Shown piece by piece: positions 55,001 to 64,000 of a stretch of DNA of 64,000 nucleotides (positions are counted from its first letter, which is position 1; each line of letters begins with the position of its first letter). The position numbers and the translations under genes are program-made. The notes beneath the pieces were generated by a model. The model had not been told where the DNA came from. It did not search any database and saw only the letters and a program-made list of their open reading frames with translations. Source of the DNA: a virus; IMG/VR virus record IMGVR_UViG_2513237163_000001, positions 3,708-67,707 of that record. One strand, 5' to 3'.

Positions 55001-55246
55001 ATGACCACCAGCAAGACCAAGATCCCGACCATCACGCCCGTCTCGTCCTCCAACCTGGCCGGCTACCACTATGACCCCGCCAAGCAGGTGTTCACGGTGA
55101 AGTTCTCCAGCGGCACGCACTACGCCTACTCGGGCGTGTCGGCAAAGACCATGAAGGGCTTCCACGAGGCGGAGTCGAAGGGCTCCTTCTTCGCCCGCGA
55201 GATCCGCAGCAAGCACGCCCACGAGCGGCTGGAGGAGGAAGCGTGA
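55001..55246 (+). CDS. KTSC-domain protein
   Basis: VSSSNLAGYHYDP..VKFSSG..Y.YSGV..AESKGSFF...I. Confidence 0.85.
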   Translation: MTTSKTKIPTITPVSSSNLAGYHYDPAKQVFTVKFSSGTHYAYSGVSAKTMKGFHEAESKGSFFAREIRSKHAHERLEEEA

Positions 55247-55854
55247 TCTATCCGGGCCTCACGTTCGATGAGCCGACGCATACCTATCGGTTCCAAGGCA
55301 AGGAAGTGCCGAGCGTCACGCAACTGCTGGACACTGCGCTCTACAACTTCGCCATGGTCCCGGAGGACTTGCTGCAAGCGGCGGCGGATCGCGGCACTGC
55401 GGTTCACCTGGCTACCGAGCTGTACGACCAGAACGACCTGGACGAAAGCAGCCTGGAGCCGGAGTGGGTGCCGTACCTCGATGCGTGGAAGAAGTTTCGC
55501 GCGGAATCGGGGTTCGAGATCGACTTCATCGAGCGCAAGGTCTTCCACCCCACCCTGCACTACGCCGGGACCATCGACCGCGGCGGCGTGATGAGCGGCA
55601 AGCGCTGGCTGATCGACATCAAGACCACCAGCGTCGTGTCTCATGCGGCTGGGGTCCAGCTCGCAGCCTACGAGAAGGCGGCCCGCGAGAACGACGAGAT
55701 TTACAAGAGCGCCCGCAAGGTTCACCGCGGGGTTGTGCAACTGAAGAACAACGGCACCTACCGTCTCGTGCCGTTCAAGGAAGAAAGCGACTGGAACACC
55801 TTCGTCGCCCTACTGAACCTCCACAACTGGAAGAAAAATCATGGAACTGCTTAA
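55243..55854 (+). CDS. PD-(D/E)xK exonuclease (recombination partner)
   Basis: VPSVTQLL..RGTAVH..YAGTIDR..LIDIKT..QLAAY. Confidence 0.85.
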   Translation: MIYPGLTFDEPTHTYRFQGKEVPSVTQLLDTALYNFAMVPEDLLQAAADRGTAVHLATELYDQNDLDESSLEPEWVPYLDAWKKFRAESGFEIDFIERKVFHPTLHYAGTIDRGGVMSGKRWLIDIKTTSVVSHAAGVQLAAYEKAARENDEIYKSARKVHRGVVQLKNNGTYRLVPFKEESDWNTFVALLNLHNWKKNHGTA

Positions 55855-56518
55855 ATCCCTCGCCACCCTGACCGCCCCGAAGGCTGACGATCTGCTGGCC
55901 GATGCCAATGCCTCGCACGAAATCGCGCATGCCATGGTGATTGACAGCGATGAGATGTTCGAGTTCGCCGGCAAGGAACTGCAGGACATCAGCACCAAGA
56001 TCTCGGCGCTCGAAGAAAAGCGCATGGCCATCACCCGCCCGATGGACGCCGCCAAGAAGGCCGTGATGGCTCTGTTCAGCCCGGCAATCGAGCGCCTCAC
56101 CGAGGGCAAGGTCTTCATCAACAACGGCATGCTGGTCTACACCCGCAAGAAGCAGGCTGAAGCTGCCGAGGCCCAGCGCAAGGCCGATGCCGCTGCCGCC
56201 GCGGAGCGCGCCAAGATCCAGCAGCGCGCCGAGCGGGCCGAGGCCTCCGGCAAGGTCGAGAAGGCTGAGGATCTGCGCGAGCTCGCCGCCACCACCGTCG
56301 CGCCCGTGGTCCGCATCGAAGCCGCCAAGGTCAAGGGCGTGAGCATCAAGGCCAACTGGCAATTCGAAGTGACGGACCCGAGCCTGATCCCGCGCGAGTT
56401 CCTGATGGTGGACGAGAAGAAGATTGGCCAGGTCGTCAAGGCCATGAAGGAAGCGACCAACATCCCGGGTATCCGCGTGTGGGATGCCGGCACGGTCTCG
56501 GCTCGCCGCTTCGGCTAA
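55841..56518 (+). CDS. Coiled-coil phage protein in recombination module
   Basis: Long helical region, C-terminal IPREFLMVDE..IPGIRV motif. Confidence 0.65.
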   Translation: MELLKSLATLTAPKADDLLADANASHEIAHAMVIDSDEMFEFAGKELQDISTKISALEEKRMAITRPMDAAKKAVMALFSPAIERLTEGKVFINNGMLVYTRKKQAEAAEAQRKADAAAAAERAKIQQRAERAEASGKVEKAEDLRELAATTVAPVVRIEAAKVKGVSIKANWQFEVTDPSLIPREFLMVDEKKIGQVVKAMKEATNIPGIRVWDAGTVSARRFG

Positions 56519-56528
56519 GGGCCTGACC

Positions 56529-56789
56529 ATGGGCACCGCACCGGGGGCGCAGCGTCTGCGTAGGCTGCGCCACAAGGCAGAACTATCGCAGACATTGTTT
56601 TGGGGACGCATCGGCGTTAGCCAGCAGCGAGGCAGCCGCTACGAGACCGGAGCCGAGATGACGAAGGACGTGACGCTCTTGGTCGAGCTGGCCTATGGAT
56701 GCATTCCCCTGTTCACGCTTGCCAAGCTCCGCGACATGCAGTTGGACGATTTTATGCGCGAGCAAGGTTTCGTTAGAAAGGAGAAGTGA
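56529..56789 (+). CDS. HTH DNA-binding protein (86 aa)
   Basis: [29 protein letters not shown]. Confidence 0.75.
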   Translation: MGTAPGAQRLRRLRHKAELSQTLFWGRIGVSQQRGSRYETGAEMTKDVTLLVELAYGCIPLFTLAKLRDMQLDDFMREQGFVRKEK

Positions 56790-56791
56790 AA

Positions 56792-57304
56792 GTGGCATCA
56801 GTAAACAAATGCATCCTCGTAGGAAATTGCGGTGCCGACCCTGAAACTCGGTACTTGCCCAGCGGTGACGCCGTGACCAACGTTAGCCTGGCGATGACCG
56901 ATCGCTACAAGGACAAGCAGACCGGTGAGGCGCGCGAACATACCGAATGGATCCGCGTGAACTTCTTTGGAAAACTGGCTGAGATCGCCGGCCAATACCT
57001 GAAGAAGGGTTCGCAGGTCTACGTCGAAGGGTCCATCCGGACGCGCAAGTGGCAGGATCAGAACGGCCAGGATAAGTACAGCACCGAGATCCGCGCCGAT
57101 GTCATGAAGATGCTGGGCTCGCGCCAGGGCGGCGATGATGACGGCGGATCCGGCGGGCAGCAACAGCGACCGCAGCAGCAGGGCCAGCAGCGTCAAGCCG
57201 CCGGCCAGCAGCGCCAGCAGGCACCGCAAGGTGGCCAGCGTCGACAAGCCCCGCCGCAGGACAACGGGTTCGAGGGCATGGACGACGACCAAATCCCTTT
57301 TTAG
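56792..57304 (+). CDS. ssb: Single-stranded DNA-binding protein
   Basis: [38 protein letters not shown]. Confidence 0.95.
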   Translation: MASVNKCILVGNCGADPETRYLPSGDAVTNVSLAMTDRYKDKQTGEAREHTEWIRVNFFGKLAEIAGQYLKKGSQVYVEGSIRTRKWQDQNGQDKYSTEIRADVMKMLGSRQGGDDDGGSGGQQQRPQQQGQQRQAAGQQRQQAPQGGQRRQAPPQDNGFEGMDDDQIPF

Positions 57305-57331
57305 ACGAAGGGCGCCAGCGACCAGCAGCGA

Positions 57332-57352
57332 GAGCCGCCGGCTCATTTTTTT
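57332..57352 (+). terminator. Rho-independent terminator
   Basis: GAGCC-GCC-GGCTC-ATTTTTTT. Confidence 0.55.
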
Positions 57353-57361
57353 GAGCCGGTG

Positions 57362-57402
57362 AATAAGTTTTGCTTGCGCTGTATAACTTTGTTTCTTAAA
57401 CT
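57362..57402 (+). promoter_or_regulatory. Promoter with operator-like site
   Basis: TAAGTTTTGC-TTGCGC (57374)-17-TAAACT (57397); GCTTG-N7-TAACT. Confidence 0.65.
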
Positions 57403-57468
57403 GGCTGAGTCGTTTTTCAGAAATTCAGCCACGCGCCGAACTCCCTCGGCGCCTTTGTCGGAGAACCC

Positions 57469-57654
57469 ATGAACGGAAAGAAAGCGAAGCAGCTCCGCGC
57501 TCTGGCGCGCGAGGGCACGGACGGGGCCAAGCCACTGTCGCAGGCGGCTAAACACGTCTATGCGCAAACGAAGCAGATCTACAAGGGCCTCACCGAGCCC
57601 GAGCGCAGCGCGGAGCGCCGGATCATCGTTGAGAACGCCTCGGTCGCAGCATGA
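57469..57654 (+). CDS. Hypothetical protein (61 aa)
   Basis: GGAG SD; MNGKKAKQLR. Confidence 0.55.
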   Translation: MNGKKAKQLRALAREGTDGAKPLSQAAKHVYAQTKQIYKGLTEPERSAERRIIVENASVAA

Positions 57655-57857
57655 GCCACAGCGTGAGAAAGCTCACCCTCCTCACCGCCGCGATGGCATT
57701 CGCCGCGTCGCTTACGTCGCCGGCCTACGCAGCACCGGGCCAGTGCCGTCGCGCAGGCGATCCCTACGGCGATCCCGTGGACTTCCAGCCTTCGGCCCCC
57801 TCCCAGCCGAAGCGCCAAGGAAAGCCCTGGGCTCGCAAGAAGGCCAACCGTCGATAG
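57651..57857 (+). CDS. Hypothetical protein (68 aa)
   Basis: ATGA-coupled; signal-peptide-like N-terminus. Confidence 0.45.
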   Translation: MSHSVRKLTLLTAAMAFAASLTSPAYAAPGQCRRAGDPYGDPVDFQPSAPSQPKRQGKPWARKKANRR

Positions 57858-57905
57858 AGCCATGGGGCGCCGGAACCCTCCACCTCTGGCGCCCGTGGAG
57901 ACCAC

Positions 57906-58196
57906 ATGAACGAACAACACCTCCTCGACCTGCTCCGCGAACTCGGCAAGCCTGTCCGGCGCCCCGAGCTGATGAGGCTCTCCGGTTTCTACGCGGAGGA
58001 CCTGCTGGCGGCGCTTGATGCCCTGGTCCTGCGCGGCGACGTCGAGCGCGTGGACGACAAGTACCGCGCAGTCGAACGCAAGCCGGAGCCGGTCAAATCA
58101 CCCTACCAGCCCGACTGGTGCGGGACGGAGTGGAAGCCGGACACCTTTACGCACTGGCACCGCTGCATGGAGTCCAGAAAGATGGGGATTAGCTGA
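57906..58196 (+). CDS. Winged-helix-like protein (96 aa)
   Basis: GGAG SD; LLRELGKPVRRPEL..LDALVLRGDVER. Confidence 0.55.
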   Translation: MNEQHLLDLLRELGKPVRRPELMRLSGFYAEDLLAALDALVLRGDVERVDDKYRAVERKPEPVKSPYQPDWCGTEWKPDTFTHWHRCMESRKMGIS

Positions 58197-58197
58197 C

Positions 58198-58908
58198 ATG
58201 AACCCTCCTAGCAGACAACTCACATTGCGGCGCATGGATGCCATTCTCGCGCTGCTACGCACGGGCGATCGAACCATCTATGAAATCGCCGACCACGTTT
58301 GCATCATCCCCGAGCACGTCCGCTCTCGCTATGTGAAAGTATTGATCGCCCAGGGCAAAGCTCACATTTGCCGCGCCGTGATCCGCCGGGAGGCTGCCAG
58401 CCCCAGTCCGCGCGTCGTTTTCGCCTATGGCCCACCACCAGAGGGCGTGCCCCACAACTACGGCGCCCAATTCACCCGCGCCCGCGGCGAGGCAGTGGGC
58501 GCGACCCGCAACTTCCAAGAGCTGTCGCTGACGCCGGTCCTCGCTGCGCTGGTCGATGGCGAGCGCGAGGTGGCCGAGATTTCGAATGTGACCGGCATCC
58601 ATCCGCACAACGTAAAGCTGCGTCTGGACCACCTCATCGACGCGGACCGGATCCATGTTTCCGAGCGGGAGATTCGCGACGGATACCCGAAGTTCCTCTA
58701 CGCCCTTGGGCCTGCACCGAAGGCCATGCCGCGCGGCACTGAGAAGCAATACGCCTACTGGCGCAAGAAGCACGCAGAGGCTGCGCGCAACGCGGATAAC
58801 GCCCGCCGCCGGGCGGTGTACCGACGTAGCGCCCCGGACGTCGCCGCGTTCTGGATTCCGCGCCAGACCACCAACACCGAGATCCGAGCGTCAACTACCC
58901 CCGCCTGA
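58198..58908 (+). CDS. Tandem winged-helix protein (236 aa); last codons supplied by IscB element
   Basis: Two wHTH-like repeats (TIYEIADHV; EVAEISNVTGIH); stop codon lies inside the IscB left end. Confidence 0.6.
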   Translation: MNPPSRQLTLRRMDAILALLRTGDRTIYEIADHVCIIPEHVRSRYVKVLIAQGKAHICRAVIRREAASPSPRVVFAYGPPPEGVPHNYGAQFTRARGEAVGATRNFQELSLTPVLAALVDGEREVAEISNVTGIHPHNVKLRLDHLIDADRIHVSEREIRDGYPKFLYALGPAPKAMPRGTEKQYAYWRKKHAEAARNADNARRRAVYRRSAPDVAAFWIPRQTTNTEIRASTTPA

Positions 58909-59171
58909 AGGTTGGAGCTTGAAGGGCAACCAACAAGCTCGGGTTGACCAGGCAGAGCGGTAAACAGCCCGCTACGTTGCGAATAGGTGCAAGACCGACG
59001 TTGGGATGCTTCCTTAGTCCCAACCTCTCGAAGCCCCGGTTGCAGACAAGCGACAGGGTAAGCACGAAACGGATCGGGGCAGATCGCCGGTTCGCAACAT
59101 TGCCGAAGGGAGACGCCCCGCAAGGGGCGCGTAACCAGGCCCGTAAGGGCGCCTATTTTGGAGAGATTGCC
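58890..59171 (+). ncRNA. IscB omegaRNA scaffold / IS200-IS605 left end
   Basis: Starts GTCAACTACCCC..CCTGAAGG..GAGCTTG, GTTGACCAG, CTACGTT, GGATGCTTCCTTAGTCC, ACATTGCCGAAGGGAGA: canonical omegaRNA layout upstream of iscB. Confidence 0.85.
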
Positions 59172-60533
59172 ATGGCAGTCTTTGTGTTGGACAAGCACGG
59201 CAAGCCGTTAATGCCTTGCACCGAGAAGCGAGCGCGGTTGTTGCTCGAGCGCGGGCGCGCACGGGTGCACCGCCTGATGCCGTTCGCCATTCGGCTGATT
59301 GATGGACGCGTGGCTGACAGCGAGTTCCAGCCGTTGCGTCTCAAGCTGGATCCGGGGAGTAAGGGAACGGGCGTCGCCCTCGTTCGTGAGACAACTGACG
59401 TGAATGGCATCCGGCACGCCATCGTGCTGTCGCTGGCCGAGATCCTTCACCGTGGCCGGCAGATCAGCGAGGCATTGCTCGCACGACGCTCGATGCGCCA
59501 GGCCCGTCGCGGGCGAAAGACGCGCTACCGCGCATCTCGGTTTCACAATCGCCGCAAGCCCAAGGGGTGGCTGGCGCCCAGCCTGCGCCACCGCGTCGAG
59601 ACCACCGTGTCGTGGGTTTCCCGCTTTCGCGCGCTAGCGCCAATCACGGCCCTCAGCACGGAGTTGGTGCGCTTCGACATGCAGGCGATGCAGCATCCGG
59701 AAATCTCAGGGATCCAATATCAGCAGGGGACGCTTCAGGGCTACGAACTGCGCGAGTACCTTCTCGAAAAATTCGGGCGAATCTGTGCATATTGTGACGC
59801 GAAGGACCGACCGCTCGAAATCGAGCACATCGACGCCCGCGCCAACAACGGGTCCAACCGGGTCTCGAATCTGACGCTGGCCTGCCGGCCCTGCAACCAA
59901 AAGAAAGGCGCTTTGCCACTCGAGGTATTCCTACACAATGACCCGCAGAGGGTCAGGCGAATCCGGGCGCACATGAAGGCACCACTGCGCGATGCTGCCG
60001 CAGTCAATGTCACCCGCTTCGCCTTGCTTGATGCGCTTAAAGCCACGAGCCTCCCAGTCGAGACCGGTTCCGGCGCCCAAACAAAGTACAACCGCCGACG
60101 TCTTGACATCCCGAAGGCCCACGCGCTTGACGCGGCGTGCGTTGGAGAGGTGCAGGCAATCTTGGGCTGGCAACGCCCTACGCTCTGCATCAAATGCACG
60201 GGGCGCGGCAGTTACCAGCGCACCCGGCTGACCGCAAACGGGTTCCCTCGCGGCTACCTGATGCGCAGCAAACGCGCGTTCGGGTTCCAGACGGGCGACA
60301 TGGTTAAGGCCGAAGTCCCGGCGGGAAAGAGGGCCGGCACACACGTCGGTAGGGTTGCGATCCGGGCCACCGGCAAATTCAACATCCAAACCATAGGGGG
60401 AGCCGTGCAAGGCATCTCACATAAGTACTGTTCTATCCTTCAGCGCGGTGACGGATATGGTTATGCACTCGTAGCGCACTCACAAAAGAAGATCGAGTCG
60501 AGGACTGGGGCGACGCTACGCGTCGCGCGCTAA
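59172..60533 (+). CDS. iscB: RNA-guided endonuclease IscB (453 aa)
   Basis: PLMP, RuvC-I LDPGSK, Arg-rich bridge helix, RuvC-II ELVRFD, HNH CAYC..EHI..NLTLAC..CN, RuvC-III HALDA. Confidence 0.95.
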   Translation: MAVFVLDKHGKPLMPCTEKRARLLLERGRARVHRLMPFAIRLIDGRVADSEFQPLRLKLDPGSKGTGVALVRETTDVNGIRHAIVLSLAEILHRGRQISEALLARRSMRQARRGRKTRYRASRFHNRRKPKGWLAPSLRHRVETTVSWVSRFRALAPITALSTELVRFDMQAMQHPEISGIQYQQGTLQGYELREYLLEKFGRICAYCDAKDRPLEIEHIDARANNGSNRVSNLTLACRPCNQKKGALPLEVFLHNDPQRVRRIRAHMKAPLRDAAAVNVTRFALLDALKATSLPVETGSGAQTKYNRRRLDIPKAHALDAACVGEVQAILGWQRPTLCIKCTGRGSYQRTRLTANGFPRGYLMRSKRAFGFQTGDMVKAEVPAGKRAGTHVGRVAIRATGKFNIQTIGGAVQGISHKYCSILQRGDGYGYALVAHSQKKIESRTGATLRVAR

Positions 60534-60542
60534 GGGGCCACC

Positions 60543-60788
60543 ATGTCAGAACAGAAAGTCCTGATGCCCTCCGCCCTCACCGCAGAGAACGGCGCCAAGG
60601 CCCTGCTGAGCGGCGAGTTCCACGAGACGTTTAGCTCGGCCTGCCCGGCTTGCGGTGGCGATGTTGAGGAGGATGACTGCGGTGTTTGCGAAGGCAGCGG
60701 CACGGTCGAGATCCGCATTCCTGTGAGCTGGACCACGATCAAGGCCATCTACGCCATGGCCGTCGAGCACCTTGGGAGCCCCGCGTGA
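60543..60788 (+). CDS. Zn-finger accessory protein (81 aa)
   Basis: MPSALTAENGAKALLSGEF..CPACGG..CGVCEGSG..VSWTTIKAIY. Confidence 0.7.
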   Translation: MSEQKVLMPSALTAENGAKALLSGEFHETFSSACPACGGDVEEDDCGVCEGSGTVEIRIPVSWTTIKAIYAMAVEHLGSPA

Positions 60789-61360
60789 TGACGCCGACCT
60801 CAAAGCAGATCGGACTGCTGCAGCACACCATCGGCGTGTCCGAGTGGCAGCGCGAGCCGCATCGCAATCACTTCGTCGCCGGCCCGGGCCACCATGACCA
60901 GAAAGACCTTGAGCAACTGGAGGCCGCCGGCCTGATGGGGCGCGGTCGCACGCCGAGCTTCATCCCCGCCGATAGCGTGGTGTTCATGGTCACGGAAGCC
61001 GGCCGCGCGTTGGCGATCGCCTCCCTGCCGGAGCCGAAGAAGCCGACGCGCTACGAGGAATACCTGCGCGCCGACGGGTGCGCGGGCGACTCGTTCGGCG
61101 AGTTCTTGTGCGGCATCCGCCTGCCGGAGTTCGAGTCTCGGCGCGCTCACAACAGACCGCGCGGCCGGTGGGGATACGAGTGCTACGAGTACCGCATGTT
61201 CCGCTGCGCTGGATGGGATTCGTACTACGGCATCCCCGGCGGCAGGGACGTGCAAGGCGATTGGGCGCCAACAAAGAAGGAAGCCAAGGCGAGTTACAAG
61301 GCAGCGCTCAAGGCGCATCAGCAGGCCAGGCGCGGCGACGCGTTGAGGAAGGCGGCATGA
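60788..61360 (+). CDS. Accessory protein (190 aa)
   Basis: TGATG-coupled; LLQHTIG..RNHFVAG. Confidence 0.6.
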   Translation: MTPTSKQIGLLQHTIGVSEWQREPHRNHFVAGPGHHDQKDLEQLEAAGLMGRGRTPSFIPADSVVFMVTEAGRALAIASLPEPKKPTRYEEYLRADGCAGDSFGEFLCGIRLPEFESRRAHNRPRGRWGYECYEYRMFRCAGWDSYYGIPGGRDVQGDWAPTKKEAKASYKAALKAHQQARRGDALRKAA

Positions 61361-61464
61361 CTTGCATCGCCCCACTCATCACCCTCGCCGGCTTCTTTGC
61401 CGCCATGGCTGTTGGCGCCTATGCCAACTACCGGTTTGCGAAGAGGTTGATGCGGCGACCCTGA
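61357..61464 (+). CDS. Small membrane peptide (35 aa)
   Basis: Hydrophobic helix; coupled start. Confidence 0.4.
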   Translation: MTCIAPLITLAGFFAAMAVGAYANYRFAKRLMRRP

Positions 61465-61524
61465 CAAGTTTTGCGGCGCGCTACCACCCGGCCAGCGCGC
61501 TGCCTTTTTATACCGAGGAACCAT

Positions 61525-62109
61525 ATGCCAAGCGGATACACAGCCTCCATCAAGGATGGCATCACCTTCCAACAGTTTGCCCTTCGCTGCGCGCGGGCCA
61601 TGGGCGCGCTGGTCCTGATGCGGGATGAGCCCTTCGACGCGCCGATTCCGGAACGCTTCGAACCGTCCGACTACCACCTTAAGCGGGCCGAGGAGGCGCG
61701 GCAGGATCTTGCCAGGCTTCGCGCGCTGTCGCTGGACGAGGCTGAGAAGGAGAATGAGGCCGCTTATTTGGCTGAACTCGCCCGACGCGCCAAGCATCTT
61801 CAAGAGAACGAGGATCTCCGCGCCAAGTATCAGGCCATGCTGGACCAGGTGAACGCCTGGGAGCCTCCCACTCCCGACCACACGGGATTCGCTGAGTTCA
61901 TGAGCACGCAGATCAATGAATCCATCAAGTGGGATTGCATGGACTGCATTGACGAACCCCAGCGCGTAGACGGCGAGCAATGGCTCGCGGCGCAGATCGA
62001 GAAAGCCGGGCGCAGCATCGCCTACCACGACCGCGAGCACGCCGCAGAAGTGGAGCGCACGGAGAAGCGGAACGCCTGGATCAAGGCACTGCGCGGGAGC
62101 CTGCAATGA
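61525..62109 (+). CDS. Conserved phage protein (194 aa)
   Basis: MPSGYTASIKDGITFQQFALRCARAMGA..WEPPTPDH; GAGGA SD. Confidence 0.7.
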   Translation: MPSGYTASIKDGITFQQFALRCARAMGALVLMRDEPFDAPIPERFEPSDYHLKRAEEARQDLARLRALSLDEAEKENEAAYLAELARRAKHLQENEDLRAKYQAMLDQVNAWEPPTPDHTGFAEFMSTQINESIKWDCMDCIDEPQRVDGEQWLAAQIEKAGRSIAYHDREHAAEVERTEKRNAWIKALRGSLQ

Positions 62110-63320
62110 ACGAGCAAGTGCCACAAATCACTCCGAAGATGCGCGACATCGCCATCCGACTGTGCGTGCAGCTATTCGACGTCACGCCACACCCAACTGC
62201 GGCCGAAAAGCTGTGCCGGGCGATTGCGGCAGCAATGCCGGCGCCGGCCGCCGCCCTCTCCCAACTGTCAGATGAGGCGGTGCATTACGTTCTGCGCCAA
62301 TACTTCGACGGCGTGACGGAGGAGAAAGCCCAGAACATCGCGCACGACTTGCGTATCGGCCTCGGCGCCGCCCCTGCGGCACCTGTCGCCGCACCAGCGA
62401 GCGAGCCCAAGCGCATCCTTTGGCCCGTGACGGGGAAGGTGCTTAGCTCCTTGGCGAACGAACTGGTACGTGCTGCTGAGTCCATGGGCTATGACGACGA
62501 ACTGGTTCTGGAAGTGCGCGCGCCTGGCACCTTCGAGGACCACAACAAGAAGCTGAACGCGCGTCACGTTCTGGCGGTATCTCTTGCCGAGTATCTCGAG
62601 GAAGGCTTCTACCCCATCGACCCGACCGACCCCACCGGCGGTCGCGCAGCACCAGCCAGCGGGGAAGCGGGGGCGATGAGCGACATGGAAAAGGGCTGTG
62701 TGCAAACAGCGATTGACTGTGTGCTTAAAAGTCAGCCCCCTGGCTGGCCTATCGTTGTCAATACGCTGAAAGCCATCCTCGCCGCCCCCATCGCCGCCGG
62801 CCAGGAGCAAGCGCGCGAGATGGTGGGGCTGAAGCAAGCGGCAGAGTTTATACAGAAAAAAGCCGATGACTATGCACGGGAGTTTGGGAAAGACGATATG
62901 GGATCGCTCTCATTCGGCAATGAAGACATGCAAATCTACCACTGGCATCTTCTAGAACTTGCCGATGAGATTCGTGCCCTCGCCGCACCCCTCGCGGAAT
63001 CCTTACAGGGTGACACGGCAGGGGCGAGCGAGCCGGTGGCATATGCCAATGCTCGGCATCTGGCTGAACGCATGAAAAGCGTGCCAGCTTGCCGCGATGC
63101 CGACCAATATTTCACGGTGCCTCTCTACACCGCCGCCCCGCAATGCCATGTGCAGAAGGGGTGGACGGCGAGTGCGGAGGCAAACAATGCGTTGCTTCTA
63201 CTTGGTCGATTGGACGTGTCAGCGGAAGACGATACGCGAGTTGAGCAGATTGCAGCCATCGTGCGCGGTCTCGTCGCCACGCCGCCCGCTACCGGCGCAG
63301 ACGATGCGAGGGATGCATGA
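62106..63320 (+). CDS. Mosaic accessory (Ead/Ea22-like) protein (404 aa)
   Basis: Ala/Pro linkers joining short modules; EPVAY..PLY motif. Confidence 0.6.
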   Translation: MNEQVPQITPKMRDIAIRLCVQLFDVTPHPTAAEKLCRAIAAAMPAPAAALSQLSDEAVHYVLRQYFDGVTEEKAQNIAHDLRIGLGAAPAAPVAAPASEPKRILWPVTGKVLSSLANELVRAAESMGYDDELVLEVRAPGTFEDHNKKLNARHVLAVSLAEYLEEGFYPIDPTDPTGGRAAPASGEAGAMSDMEKGCVQTAIDCVLKSQPPGWPIVVNTLKAILAAPIAAGQEQAREMVGLKQAAEFIQKKADDYAREFGKDDMGSLSFGNEDMQIYHWHLLELADEIRALAAPLAESLQGDTAGASEPVAYANARHLAERMKSVPACRDADQYFTVPLYTAAPQCHVQKGWTASAEANNALLLLGRLDVSAEDDTRVEQIAAIVRGLVATPPATGADDARDA

Positions 63321-63508
63321 GAACAGATCCGAGCTACTGCGATCATCAGTACGAATGCGTGCACTTTGATGGCATCTATCGATGCATGCATTGCGGCGAC
63401 CGCACCCGCTACCCGCACAACGGGCGAGCACCGTTTACCGAAGACATGTGCGCGGCCATCGACGCCGCCCTGCGCGCCAAGGAGGGAGAGAGCAATGCGG
63501 ATGCGTAA
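63317..63508 (+). CDS. Cys/His-rich hypothetical protein (63 aa)
   Basis: ATGA-coupled; CDH..C..CMHCG. Confidence 0.5.
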   Translation: MRTDPSYCDHQYECVHFDGIYRCMHCGDRTRYPHNGRAPFTEDMCAAIDAALRAKEGESNADA

Positions 63509-63635
63509 GCGCCGGCACACGTGGGAATGGACACTCACATTCGGCGTGCGAGGCAGTGTGTGGGGCGATAGATGGATTCGCACCGCTGTTCTCGTTAGGA
63601 AATGGCGGAATGCACGAAAAGGATTCGGGAAATGA
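63495..63635 (+). CDS. Basic hypothetical protein (46 aa)
   Basis: AAGGAGGG SD; couples into next ATG. Confidence 0.4.
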   Translation: MRMRKRRHTWEWTLTFGVRGSVWGDRWIRTAVLVRKWRNARKGFGK

Positions 63636-64000
63636 CCACGACTGACAAGCTGGATCTGGATACGCTGGAGGCATCTCTGAAGGGCGTCGGCAATATCTGC
63701 CTGCCGGTTCACGCCACGCAGCTACTCGCCCTGATCGCCCGCATCCGCGAACTGGAGAGCGCCTGCGACTCGCTGGCAAGCACGCTGACGAATGTCGATG
63801 TTGCGGTGCGCGACATCCTTGGCATTAGCCAGACCGCCGATGACGCCCTGCCCGAACTGGTCGCAGACTGGATGGAGAATCGCGCCGCACCCCAGCCCGC
63901 AGCGGCGCCACTGATCAAGCTGAAAGATGCGCTGGAAACTATTGCTGATTTGTATAGCTACGAGGCAACTGTTGGTGAAATGTCTAGTGCGATGTATGAG
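63632..64000 (+). CDS. Accessory protein (partial)
   Basis: MTTTDKLDLDTLE..LIARIRELE; open to window end. Confidence 0.55.
   Translation, partial: MTTTDKLDLDTLEASLKGVGNICLPVHATQLLALIARIRELESACDSLASTLTNVDVAVRDILGISQTADDALPELVADWMENRAAPQPAAAPLIKLKDALETIADLYSYEATVGEMSSAMYE

Noticed and set aside
58944-59171. 76-aa N-terminal extension of IscB in the ORF track
   Set aside because: This stretch is the omegaRNA; the PLMP domain and GGAG SD place the start at 59172.

Overview
The whole 64 kb window is one GC-rich tailed-phage genome segment, most likely a temperate podovirus-like phage of a betaproteobacterium. Supporting markers are an N4-gp56-type major capsid protein, a P22/N4-like portal, internal ejection proteins and an SSB starting MASVNK. 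No host housekeeping genes, integrase or att site are visible. The minus strand from about 47.6 kb to position 1 runs: replication (O/P-like), nin-like region with two HNH endonucleases, Q-like antiterminator, accessory genes, lysis cassette, terminase, portal, scaffold, capsid, head-tail and tail genes, then DNA-ejection genes. That arm ends in a >2660-aa polyvalent protein cut by the window edge (GH73 muramidase, InPase, LPD5/LPD1, zincin, ART-PolyVal). A lower-GC plus-strand moron at 18.6-21.7 kb (Rmf-like peptide, PP-loop enzyme, Wzx flippase) sits convergent on a beta-helix tailspike. The plus strand from 48 kb carries an XRE repressor, an ncRNA-rich operon (acyl carrier protein, tRNA-Glu, tRNA-Asp and many repeated GACAG-hairpin modules), a C4-type antisense element with a Bro-N antirepressor, Bet/exonuclease/SSB, an apparently intact IscB with omegaRNA, and mosaic accessory genes. 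The most unusual items are: (i) the roughly 1.85-kb mostly non-coding structured-RNA operon; (ii) a DDxxD isoprenoid-synthase-like gene and an Fe-S PP-loop gene flanking a Cys-bearing pilot protein in the ejection operon; (iii) the flippase moron beside the tailspike; (iv) a shared operator motif at seven promoters; (v) an HNH insertion that left a stranded ninB 3' end. All calls are by eye from sequence motifs; no database searches were run.
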